Assembly (NCBI GenBank): GCA_013239625.1
Contig: MU053561.1
Span: 1,283,520 to 1,347,519, forward strand
Direction: 5' to 3'
Source of the DNA: Lama guanicoe
Taxonomy: Eukaryota
Length of the DNA: 64,000 nt
The translations under genes were made by a program, and so were the position numbers. This document shows positions 52,121-64,000 of the stretch, piece by piece (the stretch's first letter is position 1; each line of letters starts with the position of its first letter). Under the pieces are notes generated by a model, which was not told the DNA's origin, made no database searches, and saw nothing but the letters and a program-made list of their open reading frames with translations.

Positions 52121-52124
52121 TCAC

Positions 52125-52730
52125 TGAAGTAAAATTTACATGAAACAATGCACAAGTTTTAGGTGCACAATTTGATAAGTTGTGACAAATGTGTACTCCT
52201 GTGTACATAACCCATCATCATAAAAAGTTATCTTTACCCACCAATCCCCCTCACCATGGCAGCCACCACTCTGATTTCCATTACTGCAGATTAATTTTAC
52301 CTATTCTTGAACTTAACGTAAATGAAATTGTACAGCACGTACTACCTTGTGTCTGGTTTCCCTCACTTAAAAATGTTTTTGAAATTCATCCATGTAGTTG
52401 CACGCATCATTACCTCATTGTTGTTCGTTGCTGAGCAGTGCTAGGTTATGTGAATATATCGCAATTAGTTTATGCGTTCACCTACGGATGGACATTCGGG
52501 TTGTTTCCCATTTTTATCCACTACGAATAAAACTTCTATAAACATTCTTGCACAAATCTTTCTGTGGCCCTATGTTTTTATCTTGCATGGGTACTTAACT
52601 AAGAGAATTGGTGGGTCACTGGGTAAATTCATGTTTAGCTTGATAATAATCCAGTTTTCTAAGTTGTGCCACTTTATACTCCCACCAGCTGTTCAGCTTA
52701 CTAGCCAACATTTGGAGTTGTCAGTTCTCT
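52125..52730 (-). mobile_element. Old L1 (L1MC/ME) 3' end
   Basis: TGAAGTAAAATTTACA, CCATGGCAGCCACCACTCTGATTTC, GATGGACATTCGGGTTGTTTCC. Confidence 0.8.
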
Positions 52731-54229
52731 CTCTTCTGCCTGGCTTCTTACTTCTGCATCCTGTGCTCTCCATGCTTCCCCACAGGACCACAATAGGAAA
52801 AGAGGGTTTTGAGAAAAGGCAGTAAGTTCCTTGAGAGAATTTCAGTGTGTTTATAGTTGTTTACATGGGGGAAATACCTGTTGAACTGAAATAAGATCTC
52901 AATCTCTATTTTTTTGTAATGCAGTTTTGTATTTGACAGACCTTTGCCAGACAAAATGCTCTTTAATTCCATATACACCTCTTCTGTTGTATTGTCAGAA
53001 AGCACGGCTTATTGTCTTCAGTAGTGTAACTTCTGTATATTTCAAAACAGTAACTTAACGCTCAGACTTTGCTCTTTTCCATGTCATGTAATTCCAGTTT
53101 CTTTAACATTTTCAAGTAAGTGTGATTTCTCAATCCCTTTAATCATATGTGTGACCATTCTCAGAAGTGCTTCTAGATGGACTAGGTCGAGTTACTCAGT
53201 TGAATCCATAGTTTCAGGTTTCAAAGCAGTGATTTCAACTGTACGTTTACTTTAAGCATCTCTCTTCACTTATGCACGTGTAAGCCAGTGTGAATTGGTT
53301 TTCATGGGTTGTGCAATCTTTCTACTTACACTCTTTCCAAGAATGAAGCTATGAATGATTTCTAGCCACAGGTGTGTTCTGTGTATATGTGGAATGTTAT
53401 ATAGTTGAATAAACACAGCTGCACTTACTCAATTGTATGACCACACAAACACACATACATGTGCATGACACACACCCTTGCACACATGAAGCATTCAGAT
53501 AAATCCAGCCAGGGTGTTTATTTGAAAGGGTTATAGTGTGGTCACTCAAGTATGTCCTTTTCCTTGGTTTATTAGGTTCTTGTGTTGTTTGGTGACATAA
53601 ACACCCTGCCCTAAATTTGTGAGGGTCCTTGCTACAGCACCGCTCTTTCCCACTTTTATGCTGTACATTGCCTTGTCTTCTGTTCCAGGAAATGAAAACA
53701 AACCACATCACCCCGTACTAGTCCTGTGTGAATGGGATGGGATAATAGCCAATAATTGCAAAGTGAGAAAATCATTTTTCAAGTGTGCAACTACTATAAG
53801 TAAAACCATTTAACAATTTTAGGCTCTTTTTTGAAAAATGCTTTATACAAATTGAAGGAGAAAAGAATATGTTTTGATTTGTTTCCTAAGCCTCTGATAG
53901 TTTTCAGATGGGTTAAATACTCATGAAGAAAAGCAAGTAAGCGCCTGTTACCTACCTTTCATGCCAATAAGAAGGTAATGTATTTACTATATTGGGTTTT
54001 AAATTGCCATTTTAGGTGTCTGTCTTTCCTACCTAGTGATAAAAAAGAATCAATGCTTCATTAATCTACGGTAACTCCAGTGAGAAGTCTAGTCCCTGGC
54101 ACACAGTAATTAAATTACAATTTAAAAAATGCCACGCTGAGTGAATGAATTCCACTAGAATCTCAGCGTCAGCTCATGATACAAGTAGAGGGCAGAGGGC
54201 TACACACAAAAAGCTTCTGTCTCCACCAG

Positions 54230-54950
54230 TCTAATGACACTGTTCTCATCAAGGTCCCTAAGAAGCTCCTCTGTTAAATCCAGTGGCGAATTACTAATCC
54301 TCTTTTTTTTCCATGCCATTTAGTTTTCCCTGTTACTCCCACTGCCCCACACCCCACAGTTCAGTCTCCACATAATAATCTTGGTTTTTCTTCTAGAACG
54401 TAAATCAAATTGTGTCAGTCTTTTGCTCAAAACCTTTCAAAGACCTCCCATCTCATGTAGAATTCAATCCATGGTTCTTACTATGGTCTTCAAGCCTCTG
54501 CATGTTTTACCTCTGTCTTTCTGACCTCATCTGCCACTTGTTTGGTGCTTATTCTGCTCCAAACCCCCGGCCTCCTTGCTGTTCCTTCAGCTTGCCCAGC
54601 ATGCACTGAACTCAGGGCTTTCCATATGTTGTTTGACTATCATTTTCTTCTCTCAGAATCTACATGGCTACTCCCTCCCTTTGCTCAATGTTAAATTGTC
54701 CTTCTGTGACAGTTCTATCTAAAATAGCCTGTCTCATTCTCTAGCCCATTGCCTTATTTTCATAATATCTACCACTACCTACCATTAAATATCTTGTTTG
54801 TTTTTTTAGTTATCTTTTCACTAGAATGTAAACTCCATGGTTGTAAGGACTTGGTCAGATTTTATTCACTGTTATTTCCTGGGAGCTCAGAACAGTGCCT
54901 GGCCGACTGGAGGCAGTCATAACGGGTTGTTGTACAAATGAATGAAATAC
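54230..54950 (+). mobile_element. L2 fragment with 3' end
   Basis: CACTAGAATGTAAACTCCATG...AGAACAGTGCCTGGC...AATGAATGAA. Confidence 0.8.
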
Positions 54951-57609
54951 ATGTCTATTAGGTACTTATTTTCCTGTAATATGGTTTAAAGTTCCTTTAA
55001 GGACTCATGAAACAGCTTCTCCCAGTATTACTTGGTACTCAATATTGAATCTTGGGGAAGAAAGTGGGTAAACATACATGGAATCAAAAATCTTCCTGGA
55101 GGGAAAAGTGGTTCCTTTGAGGGTCGTTGTTACTACCAGGAAAAATCTGATTGAGTCACTGGAAGAAGAATATACTAATAACTGCAAAGATAAATTCATA
55201 AGGAGAAAAGGAAGATTCTGATGTTTGCTGGGGTTTTGGGAGGAGAGCTAGTAACGGCTCAGTTTCTGGCTAAAGCTAGAACCGTCCTGAGGCCCATCCA
55301 CCCTTACACAATTGACATGCTTTGGGAAGGATGGCTAAGCTCAGATGTGTAAACTAAACACAGCCATAGCCTTCTGATTCTCAAGCATGTTACACTCCCT
55401 AACCAATGAGGGAGACAGTTGTGAATAAAAACTCATCATACCACGTGGCATCAGTAGAAGCAATGGCAGTTGAACATGGTAGACATTCAGTTCTTTGTCT
55501 GGCTAGCTTTTGGAATCAGGATTGACTCTTTTGAAATAAATAAGTATCCAGGTTTCTTGGACATTTCGGGTGAGAGATCTGAGAAGACTATGGTTGCATT
55601 TCTGTCCTTGTTATTCCCCCCGAAAACTCAGAGCCAGAGATAACGCCCAAATATTGGAATTAGTCAGAACATCAGTGCATTAAAAGTCTTTAAAAATTAT
55701 TATAGTATCTGTTTTCTTTTTATGTCATATTCCTCTAACATTTCAGTCTATAAGTCAAATCTTTCTGAAAGTTAACATGATATGAAATGCAAATTCATAT
55801 ACTTGATAATTTAGATGACCTTCTCACCTTACGATTTTATGATTTTTCTCTAAGTCAAACAGGAAATCAGTGGCAGGGATAAAAATCAGATTTTATGTTT
55901 CTTAAAGGAGTGTGTATTTCATGTCTTCCCCTGGACTTGGAAATCTAAATCTGTTTAACATTCAGCAACTTCTGTTGACGACAGAACATTTTATTGTGCC
56001 ATAACAAAAAGCTATTTGTGTGTGTGCATATAAATATATATAAATATATATATAGCATCTCTGTTAATGCAACATAACACCTACTGCAATAGAAACCTTG
56101 TATATTGTTAGCAATAAATCTTACAACCTGGATTTCATAATTTCACAGGCATGAAGGAAAATGGATTTTTATATAGTTCGTAATGTGGAGGCCACTTAGA
56201 TGGCGCATTAAGATTAGGCCAGGCTATTCTGAATGAAAGCTCTCCATAGAAACAATAAGGCCATGTCTGTACATTGCAACAAAATCATCCATGGAATAGT
56301 TGATTCAAAACACAGACCATTTTGTTGACAGACTGATGGTCAGTTGGTGGCATATGACAATCCAGTGACCTTCCAAACCTCCAGAATGATTAGGTTGTCT
56401 GAAATGTTAGTCTTCAGTTGTTATCTAGTTATAATCTATTTGAAAGAGGCAAAGGTACGCTGTGCTTTAGGTGATGATACAATAAACACAAGTTTTGGTA
56501 TTAATACAAATTAAAGAAGAGAAGAGGATGTAGTCAAAAACTGCATTTGATCATATGATTCTGAATAAAAAGACAGATGCATGGATTGGAGAATTAAATA
56601 GCTGGATAAGGGGTGAAAGAAAGAGAGAAAGGAAAAGCACGCAGTCTGTTCCAGAAAATACACTGCTATTAATTAAGTTCAATAAGCTGAGACCTTAATC
56701 AGTTACATCCCCTTGAAGTATTTCAATTCTGATTCTTCTTCCCCACCACCCAGGCTTCTGAAAGCCACCTCCATTTCTAGTTTAATGTCTCCTTCATGAT
56801 TATTTGCCTGTTTTTAATAAACCCTAGTAAGTAATCAATTCTAATTTTAACTCCCTTTTTGAACTTCTAAAAAAATTATCGTTACTTAAATAATCAGGAA
56901 CAATAATCAGTGATAGACAGCAACATTCAGCAGAACTTTTAATTGTGTCCTAAATACAGAAATCAAGAGGAAATCTATTCAGGAGATCTTTTTTTTTTTT
57001 TCCCTAAGAAAGCAAGATAGAAAAAATGTTAAAAAAAAAAAAAGAAAGCTAGCTAGTTAACTAAATAAGTTAAATGGAGGAAAGTTACACAAACAATATC
57101 TGGAATAACCCTCTAACCTCCCCAAATTATTCATTTAGTTATTTATTAATTCACTTGACTATTTTTGAGCATCTGCTCAATGGGGAATCCAGTGCTGGGT
57201 TCTAAAGGGTATCAATGATGGCCTCTGTCCAATGGCCTAGGGGTTAGTGGGTGAGGCAGACCTATAAATCCTTAAGGTAAAGTGGTAGGAGAAGGGCATT
57301 TTCACCTTTTAACCAATCATGCTAGTGTCAATTTCATTAGAAAAATGGGAAAACTTGTTTTTTAATCAACTAGTAGTTTGGCTGAGTTGACCTATGAAGT
57401 CAATCAAAGTCATTAAGCAAGTAGACAGCTGTAGACAGACTCATACCCTAACGTTCTTATAAAACTTACTACGTTAAGTTTGCAACTATTATAAATTAAA
57501 GGTATCAAATCAGAGTTATTCAATGAGTATTACTTAGCAGGTATTTGCTAAAAGGTGCTGAATAAATACTCATTGAATCATTCACTGAATGATTACTCAT
57601 GAAATAATC

Positions 57610-57775
57610 AATCTCATTTCTTCTCAGATTTTAATGTACATGTGAATCATATGCTAATCTTGTAAAAATGCAGATTCTGATTCATTTAGCCTAGGATAAG
57701 GTCTAGGACTCTGCATTTCTAACAGACTCCCAGGAGACCCTGGTGTTACTAGTCCATGAATCTCACTTTGATAAA
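57610..57775. mobile_element. MER5-like DNA transposon
   Basis: CTTGTAAAAATGCAGATTCTGATTCA...CTCTGCATTTCTAACAGACTCCCAGG. Confidence 0.8.
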
Positions 57776-60696
57776 ATGTCCTCAATAGATAACCATATAG
57801 GGAACCACTGAAAGTCATGGCTCCTGCAAAATAGCCACGTTTCTGTCATTTGTCAGTGATGTGATATTGGGAAACTTGCTTACTCTGTTTAAATCTTACT
57901 TTCCTCATCTTTTCAGTAGGGAAAATGATACCTTCCTAACTGATTGTTATATGAATCAAATGATATGAGTATGAAAGTTTTTTATAACTTGAAAGTGTTC
58001 TGCATATATAATCCATTATTTTTAATTAGCATTACTATTAGTTCTTAACTTTAGTAACTTTACTGGCAAGGTAATGCAAATGAATATTTTGAGATGCAAA
58101 GCCTTAATGAAGTGCTGAATAGGACACACAGACATACTACGTGTAGCGTGTTCCTTAACTAACAAAGCAGTTAAATATGTGACCCAATTTTGCATGTTTT
58201 ACAACAGGTTACAGAATACTCTTTCATTGTAGCATATTAATTATTATTTATAAGGTCACTGTAAAAATGCGATCTCCTTGTATAACAAAAGCCCACGGCC
58301 AATATTTTATGGATAGCACACAAAGAGGTTGGAAATTGATGATTTATAGATCAGGAAATAACAGTTTATCAACTTTCCTGCTTTCCTAAGCGACGCTGGG
58401 CAGTTTTGCATCACCTTTTGGTTGTCAGCTGTGTTTGTATTAATGGTGATACCTTTGCAGCTGAAACAGGATATGCACACTCTTGGAGGTGCTGTCTGGA
58501 AATTCTCCCAGCGTGACTGGGAGGCCAGGGGCAAACTGTTGCTGCCCATTCATCAGAAGCATCATGTGTTCTGACCTCAAACACAGTCTGTGGCATTCAG
58601 TGTCGCAGAACAAAGGGTTTGACTCTGTTCCTACATACCAGTGCTCACCAACACTACATGATGTTGTGTTCATTTGAGAAACATTAACACATTAATTTTT
58701 GCAGTTACAACAGGCCAGGTATTAGACTCTATGGGATTTGAGAAGCCTGGGAAGTGACTGCAAAGAAGAGCTGCAAATATTTAAAGATTTGAGAAATAAA
58801 ATACATGAGAATAGTGGAAGAGAGAAGGGAGAGCCGAGGGCACCATAATATACCTTCTTACTTGAAACATTTGGAATTAACCCCCATACCCTGCATTAGC
58901 TCTTACTATTCTTTGTTTACATTCTTCTAAGAATTTGCTTGTGTTCATCGTACAACATGTATTTAATTGTATCATCTGTGTAGTTGTTTATTATTTATTT
59001 CATTTCAGCTGGCAGGTTGCTTAGATACATGCCTTACTCATCTGGTTATCTACCAGAGTGCCAAATATAGTGATTTCTTTCAATAAATGCTTGTTGAATA
59101 AATAAGTGATGAATATATGAACCACCAGTGCTTACATATAATTAATATAGGTTTAGGAACTCTCAAGTGACAAGGACATAGAAACTGTTGGAGGAAACTA
59201 GAACTAAGCATTGTCTACAAATAGTCTCAGATTATCATGGTGTCACTGGCATGTGGAAAAACAAAGAGATTCAGACTTGTTTACTGAGGAAAGTATAAAA
59301 TTTACTTGCAAGAAAACTTGTGTGTTGGCAAGTCTTGAGAAGCTCCGTTAAAGTAGGGAAAACAAGTTATCATTGTATTTATCACAATAAAACATTTGTG
59401 CCATCCCCAGGCTTGGTATCTCTGGGCGCAACACACTATTTCCTCTTCCAGTCCTGTCAGGGAATCCAGTCTTGATGTGAGGGCTACTAGTTGATTGTCA
59501 CCAGTTTCTCTGGGACAGCTGAAGTTGTATAAGCATGGGTCATCTATTGCCAGGTCCATCCTCCTTCTATGCTGGAACTGATCTGTCAGTGGTTCCCAGT
59601 GACCTCATGATTGCTAAGTCTAAAGGACACTTCTCAAACTTTATCTGGCTTGACTTATCTGCAGCAATAACCGGATGGACCACGCTCTCCTTGGAAGTCT
59701 CTATTTGTCTTCCTATAACACTGCACCCTCTGGGTTTTCCTCCTCTTTTCAGACCACCCCTTTTCAGTCTACCTTTCCTTTGCTGTGCCTTTTTCTCTCT
59801 TTCTCAAGCTACATACTCCTTTGAGTGCCTACGTCTTCTCTCACAATTTTAAATATAATTTATCCTGCCTTCATATATAATGTAAAGCTTCGTATGTAAT
59901 GCTCTCCAGATTTGGTTGATACTTCATTTTCAGTTTCTAAAATGCAGCGGATACATGCGTGGGAAAAATGTAATGTCAAAATATGAAAAACAAAATAAGA
60001 ATGCATGATATTTTGTGTTTGGAAACCATGCATCCATCTTTTAGCCAAGGTTAGAAATCCATACAGACTTGCTTGATGATCTGCCCACCCACTCCCATAA
60101 CCTGCTCTTTCCTTTACCCTCCCTGAGCTGCTCTCTGAACTTTGCCTAGACTCCACTGTTGGGAATCTTGACAAGCACTTCTTTCTGGCCAAGAGAAGTT
60201 GTCATCAAGTTCTACAGAAATTCTTCACCATTCAGAGAGAGTTTATGCTTTACCAAAAGAATTCACCTTGGGGCCCTTTCAAATAACCAACTCTCCAAGG
60301 AAATTTAATATCTGATTCAACTATTCAAAATTAGATTTACTCACATTTGGAAAACATGTCTATAGTTCTGTCTCACTTTGTGTAACTGGTACATCCCTGA
60401 AATATGTGCAAATCAGATAGTTGTAAGCTGAATAGCAGTTCAGATTATTCATCAATTTGCTAAGGAAAACAGAAATACTTTCATAAAGTAAATAAAAACA
60501 TCTAATGTATCTCTTGTGTAAATTTGGACTTTATGTAGTAAGTGTACTTATTTTTGGAGGCATACTTATGCACACTAGTGCACAAGAGAGGGAGAAGGAG
60601 AGATTAACACTTGTCCGGGACCTGCCAGGTGTCGGGCATCATGCCAGGAACTATGGCCTGCCACTGTCGGAGAGCTTAGGTTTTTTTTGTTTTTTG

Positions 60697-60699
<3 letters not shown>

Positions 60700-60729
<30 letters not shown>
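60700..60729 (+). repeat. (TG)n microsatellite
   Basis: Pure TG run. Confidence 0.95.
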
Positions 60730-60731
<2 letters not shown>

Positions 60732-60992
60732 ATAGAATATAGGTCAGAAAAGCAGTATTTGTTCCAAGGTCAAAAACGGTTTTGCTCCTCTAAATCCAGA
60801 TGCCTTTGCGTTTGCTTCCCCCCAGTACACTGTTACTACCCAGGAAATTCTCACCAGACAGACTCCTGGGTATTTCTTTCCACTCAGTCTCTTCCCACTC
60901 CGCTCCTCTTCCTAAGATAGCTCAAAGGGATAAATCACATGGCCAGGCTTATTTACTGTTAGGTCAGTTACAAATACAAAAGTAATTATTAA

Positions 60993-61027
<35 letters not shown>

Positions 61028-61110
61028 TATACACACATATAATAATGTATATATGAATATGTATATGCATGTATGTACACAATATATGTATATAAATATT
61101 ATAATATGTA
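60993..61110 (+). repeat. (TA)n(CA)n compound microsatellite and AT-rich tract
   Basis: ATATAT...ACACAC followed by degenerate TA repeats. Confidence 0.9.
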
Positions 61111-62899
61111 GATAGAGTTGTTTTTCTGCCTTGGCTAATGTAATATGTTTAAGTGATAGTAACCACTTGAGGCCCTTGGGAACTGATTTCTTCCATGTCT
61201 GTAGCTGTAGCTACATGCAAGCCTTTGTGCTCCCACCTGGTTGCTGGGACAGCCTCTTAATTCCACTTGTCACAAAGATGGGAGCAGTCTGCGGGCCACA
61301 GCTTCCACTCTTTGAGAAGACTTTCTTAACTAGATGCATAATGAGGTGGGAAAGACACTGGAGAGCACTTAACTGCATTAACACTTAGAGAAGAACTCAG
61401 GCCCCACCCTCCACCCCGATCACCTTGCAACCGTCTCCTACCCCCTCCGCACCAGTCACTCTGTGGGCCTGCAGATATGAACAGCAGCACTTGTGTTAAC
61501 AACTTGGCGGCTGTAGGAAGCCAGACCCCAGGAAGCAACAAGATATTTCCCTCAGGGAGGCCCTGACTTGGGGCTTCCTTTCCTTTCCTGTGTCAACAAA
61601 GCCTTCGTTTCCTAACACAGGCCATAGAATAAGCCGAATTCCTGTTTTTTCACCTTCCCCTCTGGATGGAAAGGGCCCTATTAGAAAGACTTTATATAGC
61701 TAAGTTGTGTTGATTTTACTCTCATTAATGGCTCCAACTCATAAAAAAAGCATTGGGGGTTTTAAAAAATGTATCTGAAAGATAAACAAATACACGAACT
61801 CTAGTTCTTATTCCAGAACACAGAGCAAACAAAATACTCTGAGGAGGAGTGCTTAATTGTATTTCACATGGCATAACGAGTTAATAAATCACACAGCAGC
61901 TACATAAATATGTCTATACCTTATGTTAGGAGAATAGTTAATAACCCAACAGCTAATGTAAATGGATATTTATTTATTAAATAATGGGAACTCTGCAATA
62001 ATACAAAATATGCTGCCCAAATGTAAAGGAATATAAAACATTAAGTCCTCATCACTTTTTAGTTGTTTGTATGGAAAGCAAATATCAGATATTCCACATT
62101 GTGTGTTATTTAGTATGCACAGTCACAACTGAGCACACAGGCATAAACAGACACATACGTGGGCAGTTCCTACGTACTCCAGTTCCGCCTCTTTGAAGCA
62201 CAGGAAACCTTTTATCTCATGCGGAGTTTCAACTTGACGTTAGGCGTTATTCGCCACTGTAATCTTACCCAAATCCATCACTCCAGCCATATGTCTCCCA
62301 AACACCTTGCACATTTCATATGGGCCACTTAGTCATACCGCTGTCTTCAACTTCCTCCCACTTATCCACATTCTTCAGAAACTGTCCCAAACCCACTTTC
62401 CTTTGTGAAGGCTTATCTTCAACCATCCAGTGACATTTTTTCTCATTTGAATTCTCAGTCCCTAATTATCTTTAACACTCTTTTCCCACACCATTTTCTA
62501 CAAGGTGTTGTTATTTCTCTTGATATATGTAAAGGTCTTACCTCCCAAAACTGGATAGTGAACTCTGGAAGACACTATTCGTAACTTACTCTTCTCAGGG
62601 ACTTTTCATCACCTGACGCGGTGCCTTGTATGGAGTAGGTGCTAAGTGGGTTGATGCTAGAAATGAGATAGAACCAGAGACAGCTGTATATTGGGGCTAG
62701 TAAAGTTACTACCTCTGGACCAAAAGATTTAATAACATTATTTTTGTCAAGGAAGAGGGTAAATTAATCCCCATGGGGTAAATTTCTGATTGGCCTATAA
62801 AGGAATTGTAGGTAGAATCTTAGTTAATAAAGTGAGGGTTGGTTCAGGTCAAGAAGATGAATGACACTGCAAAAGTGCTGTGTTGGCATATATGTGTGC

Positions 62900-63240
62900 T
62901 AGTTTACGTCACATGTTCAGGGAAGTCCTCACTGACAAGGGGAGACCTGATAGAGATTGGAAGGAAGTGAAAAAGCAAGTCATTTGCTTATGTTAAGAGT
63001 TTCTGGCAGAGTATGCAGCAAGGCTGAAGATGGCAAGGTGGAAGCATGCTTGGTGTATTTGAAGACTAGCAAAGGCCAGCGTGTGTTGAAAAGAAAGAAT
63101 AAATAGCAATTGTTAAAATTAGAGAGTCAGCTAGGGTCTAGATCATGCAAGACCTTGAAGAGACTGATTTTTATACTGAATGAGATAAAAAGTCATTGTA
63201 GTGTTTTGATCAGGGAACAAAAATTATACTATACATTTGA
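62900..63240 (-). mobile_element. L2 fragment
   Basis: CAGGGAAGTCCTCACTGA, GCATGCTTGGTGTATTTGAAGACTAGCAAAGGCCAG, CAGCTAGGGTCTAGATCATGCAAGACCTTG. Confidence 0.72.
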
Positions 63241-63734
63241 AAATCTCAATGTAAAACTGGATTTGTTGTCAACCTTAGCTCATATCTTATCATTATTTGC
63301 TACACGTGTGGCACTCTGTCACTTTTAAAAAATAAAAACTAAATACATACACTTGAAGTAATCAACTCAGAACCTTAGCAATAGCTAATATCTACCTATA
63401 ATTCTTAACGGTAATTCTTTCTTTACCATTAGCTATTTATGGTAAATTGATTTGTACTGTATTCCCTTTTATTATTATTAATTTAAAGAATAGTTCCTTA
63501 AGGCTGAAATACATCTGCATTTTAAAAAAACCTTTATGTATAAACACATATGTAGACAGAGCAGAATTATAGTGCATCCTCTCATTTATGTTCCACAATG
63601 ACCAACTAATGGCCAAACTAATGTCCTGTTTCATAAATTTCCCCACTCAATCCCACTCCACTCCCAGACTACTTTATTGTCAATTTTACTTAAGAGCAAT
63701 TTGCAATAATGCAAAATCCATCACTTTACGCATT

Positions 63735-64000
63735 TTTGTGAATTGTGACAAGGCATACAATTGTGTAACTTCCTTTGCTGTCAAATTATCAAGACACAGA
63801 ATTTTCTCATCGCACCAAAGAGTTCCCACATTCCCTTTCATAGTCAGTGCCCTCCCCTTAGCCCCGTTCCCTGGTAATGCTGTTCTCTATCCCTGTAGTT
63901 TTTCCTTTGTAAGAACGTAATATAAATATAATCATACAATATATAGTCTCTTACTTAGCCTAGTGCTTTTGAGATTCATCTATATTGCCAAAAATATCCA
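63735..64000 (-). mobile_element. Old L1 (L1MC/ME) 3' end, running off the right edge
   Basis: CCCTGGTAATGCTGTTCT..TAGTTTTTCCTTT..AATATAAATATAATCATACAATAT..TTTGAGATTCATC. Confidence 0.75.

Noticed and set aside
1..64000. CRISPR arrays, operons or prokaryotic defence systems
   Set aside because: The sequence is mammalian, with no regularly spaced repeat-spacer array and no gene-dense region.

Overview
Mammalian genomic DNA, most likely a camelid (camel/llama/alpaca), inferred from two vic-1-type tRNA-derived SINEs. It is intergenic or deep-intronic and dominated by transposable elements: about 14 LINE-1 (L1) remnants of several ages, L2, MIR, MaLR/ERVL solo LTRs, MER2 and MER5 DNA transposons, and microsatellites. 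I recognise no host protein-coding gene; the recognisable ORFs in the track are decayed L1 ORF2 pieces and the rest look like chance ORFs. The GC/CpG-rich first 1.2 kb is not a host CpG-island promoter but the 5' UTR of a young minus-strand L1 that runs off the left edge. I found no convincing novel biological system. The notable observations concern retrotransposition mechanics: a twin-primed inverted L1 nested in another inverted L1, an ~79-bp diverged duplication flanking an L1, three L1s that keep both ends but lack their interiors, a ~21-bp L1-tail micro-insertion with a target-site duplication (TSD), a hairpin formed from L2 ends, and a strong minus-strand L1 bias. Subfamily names were assigned by eye from remembered consensus motifs. 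Boundaries are approximate unless a TSD is given.
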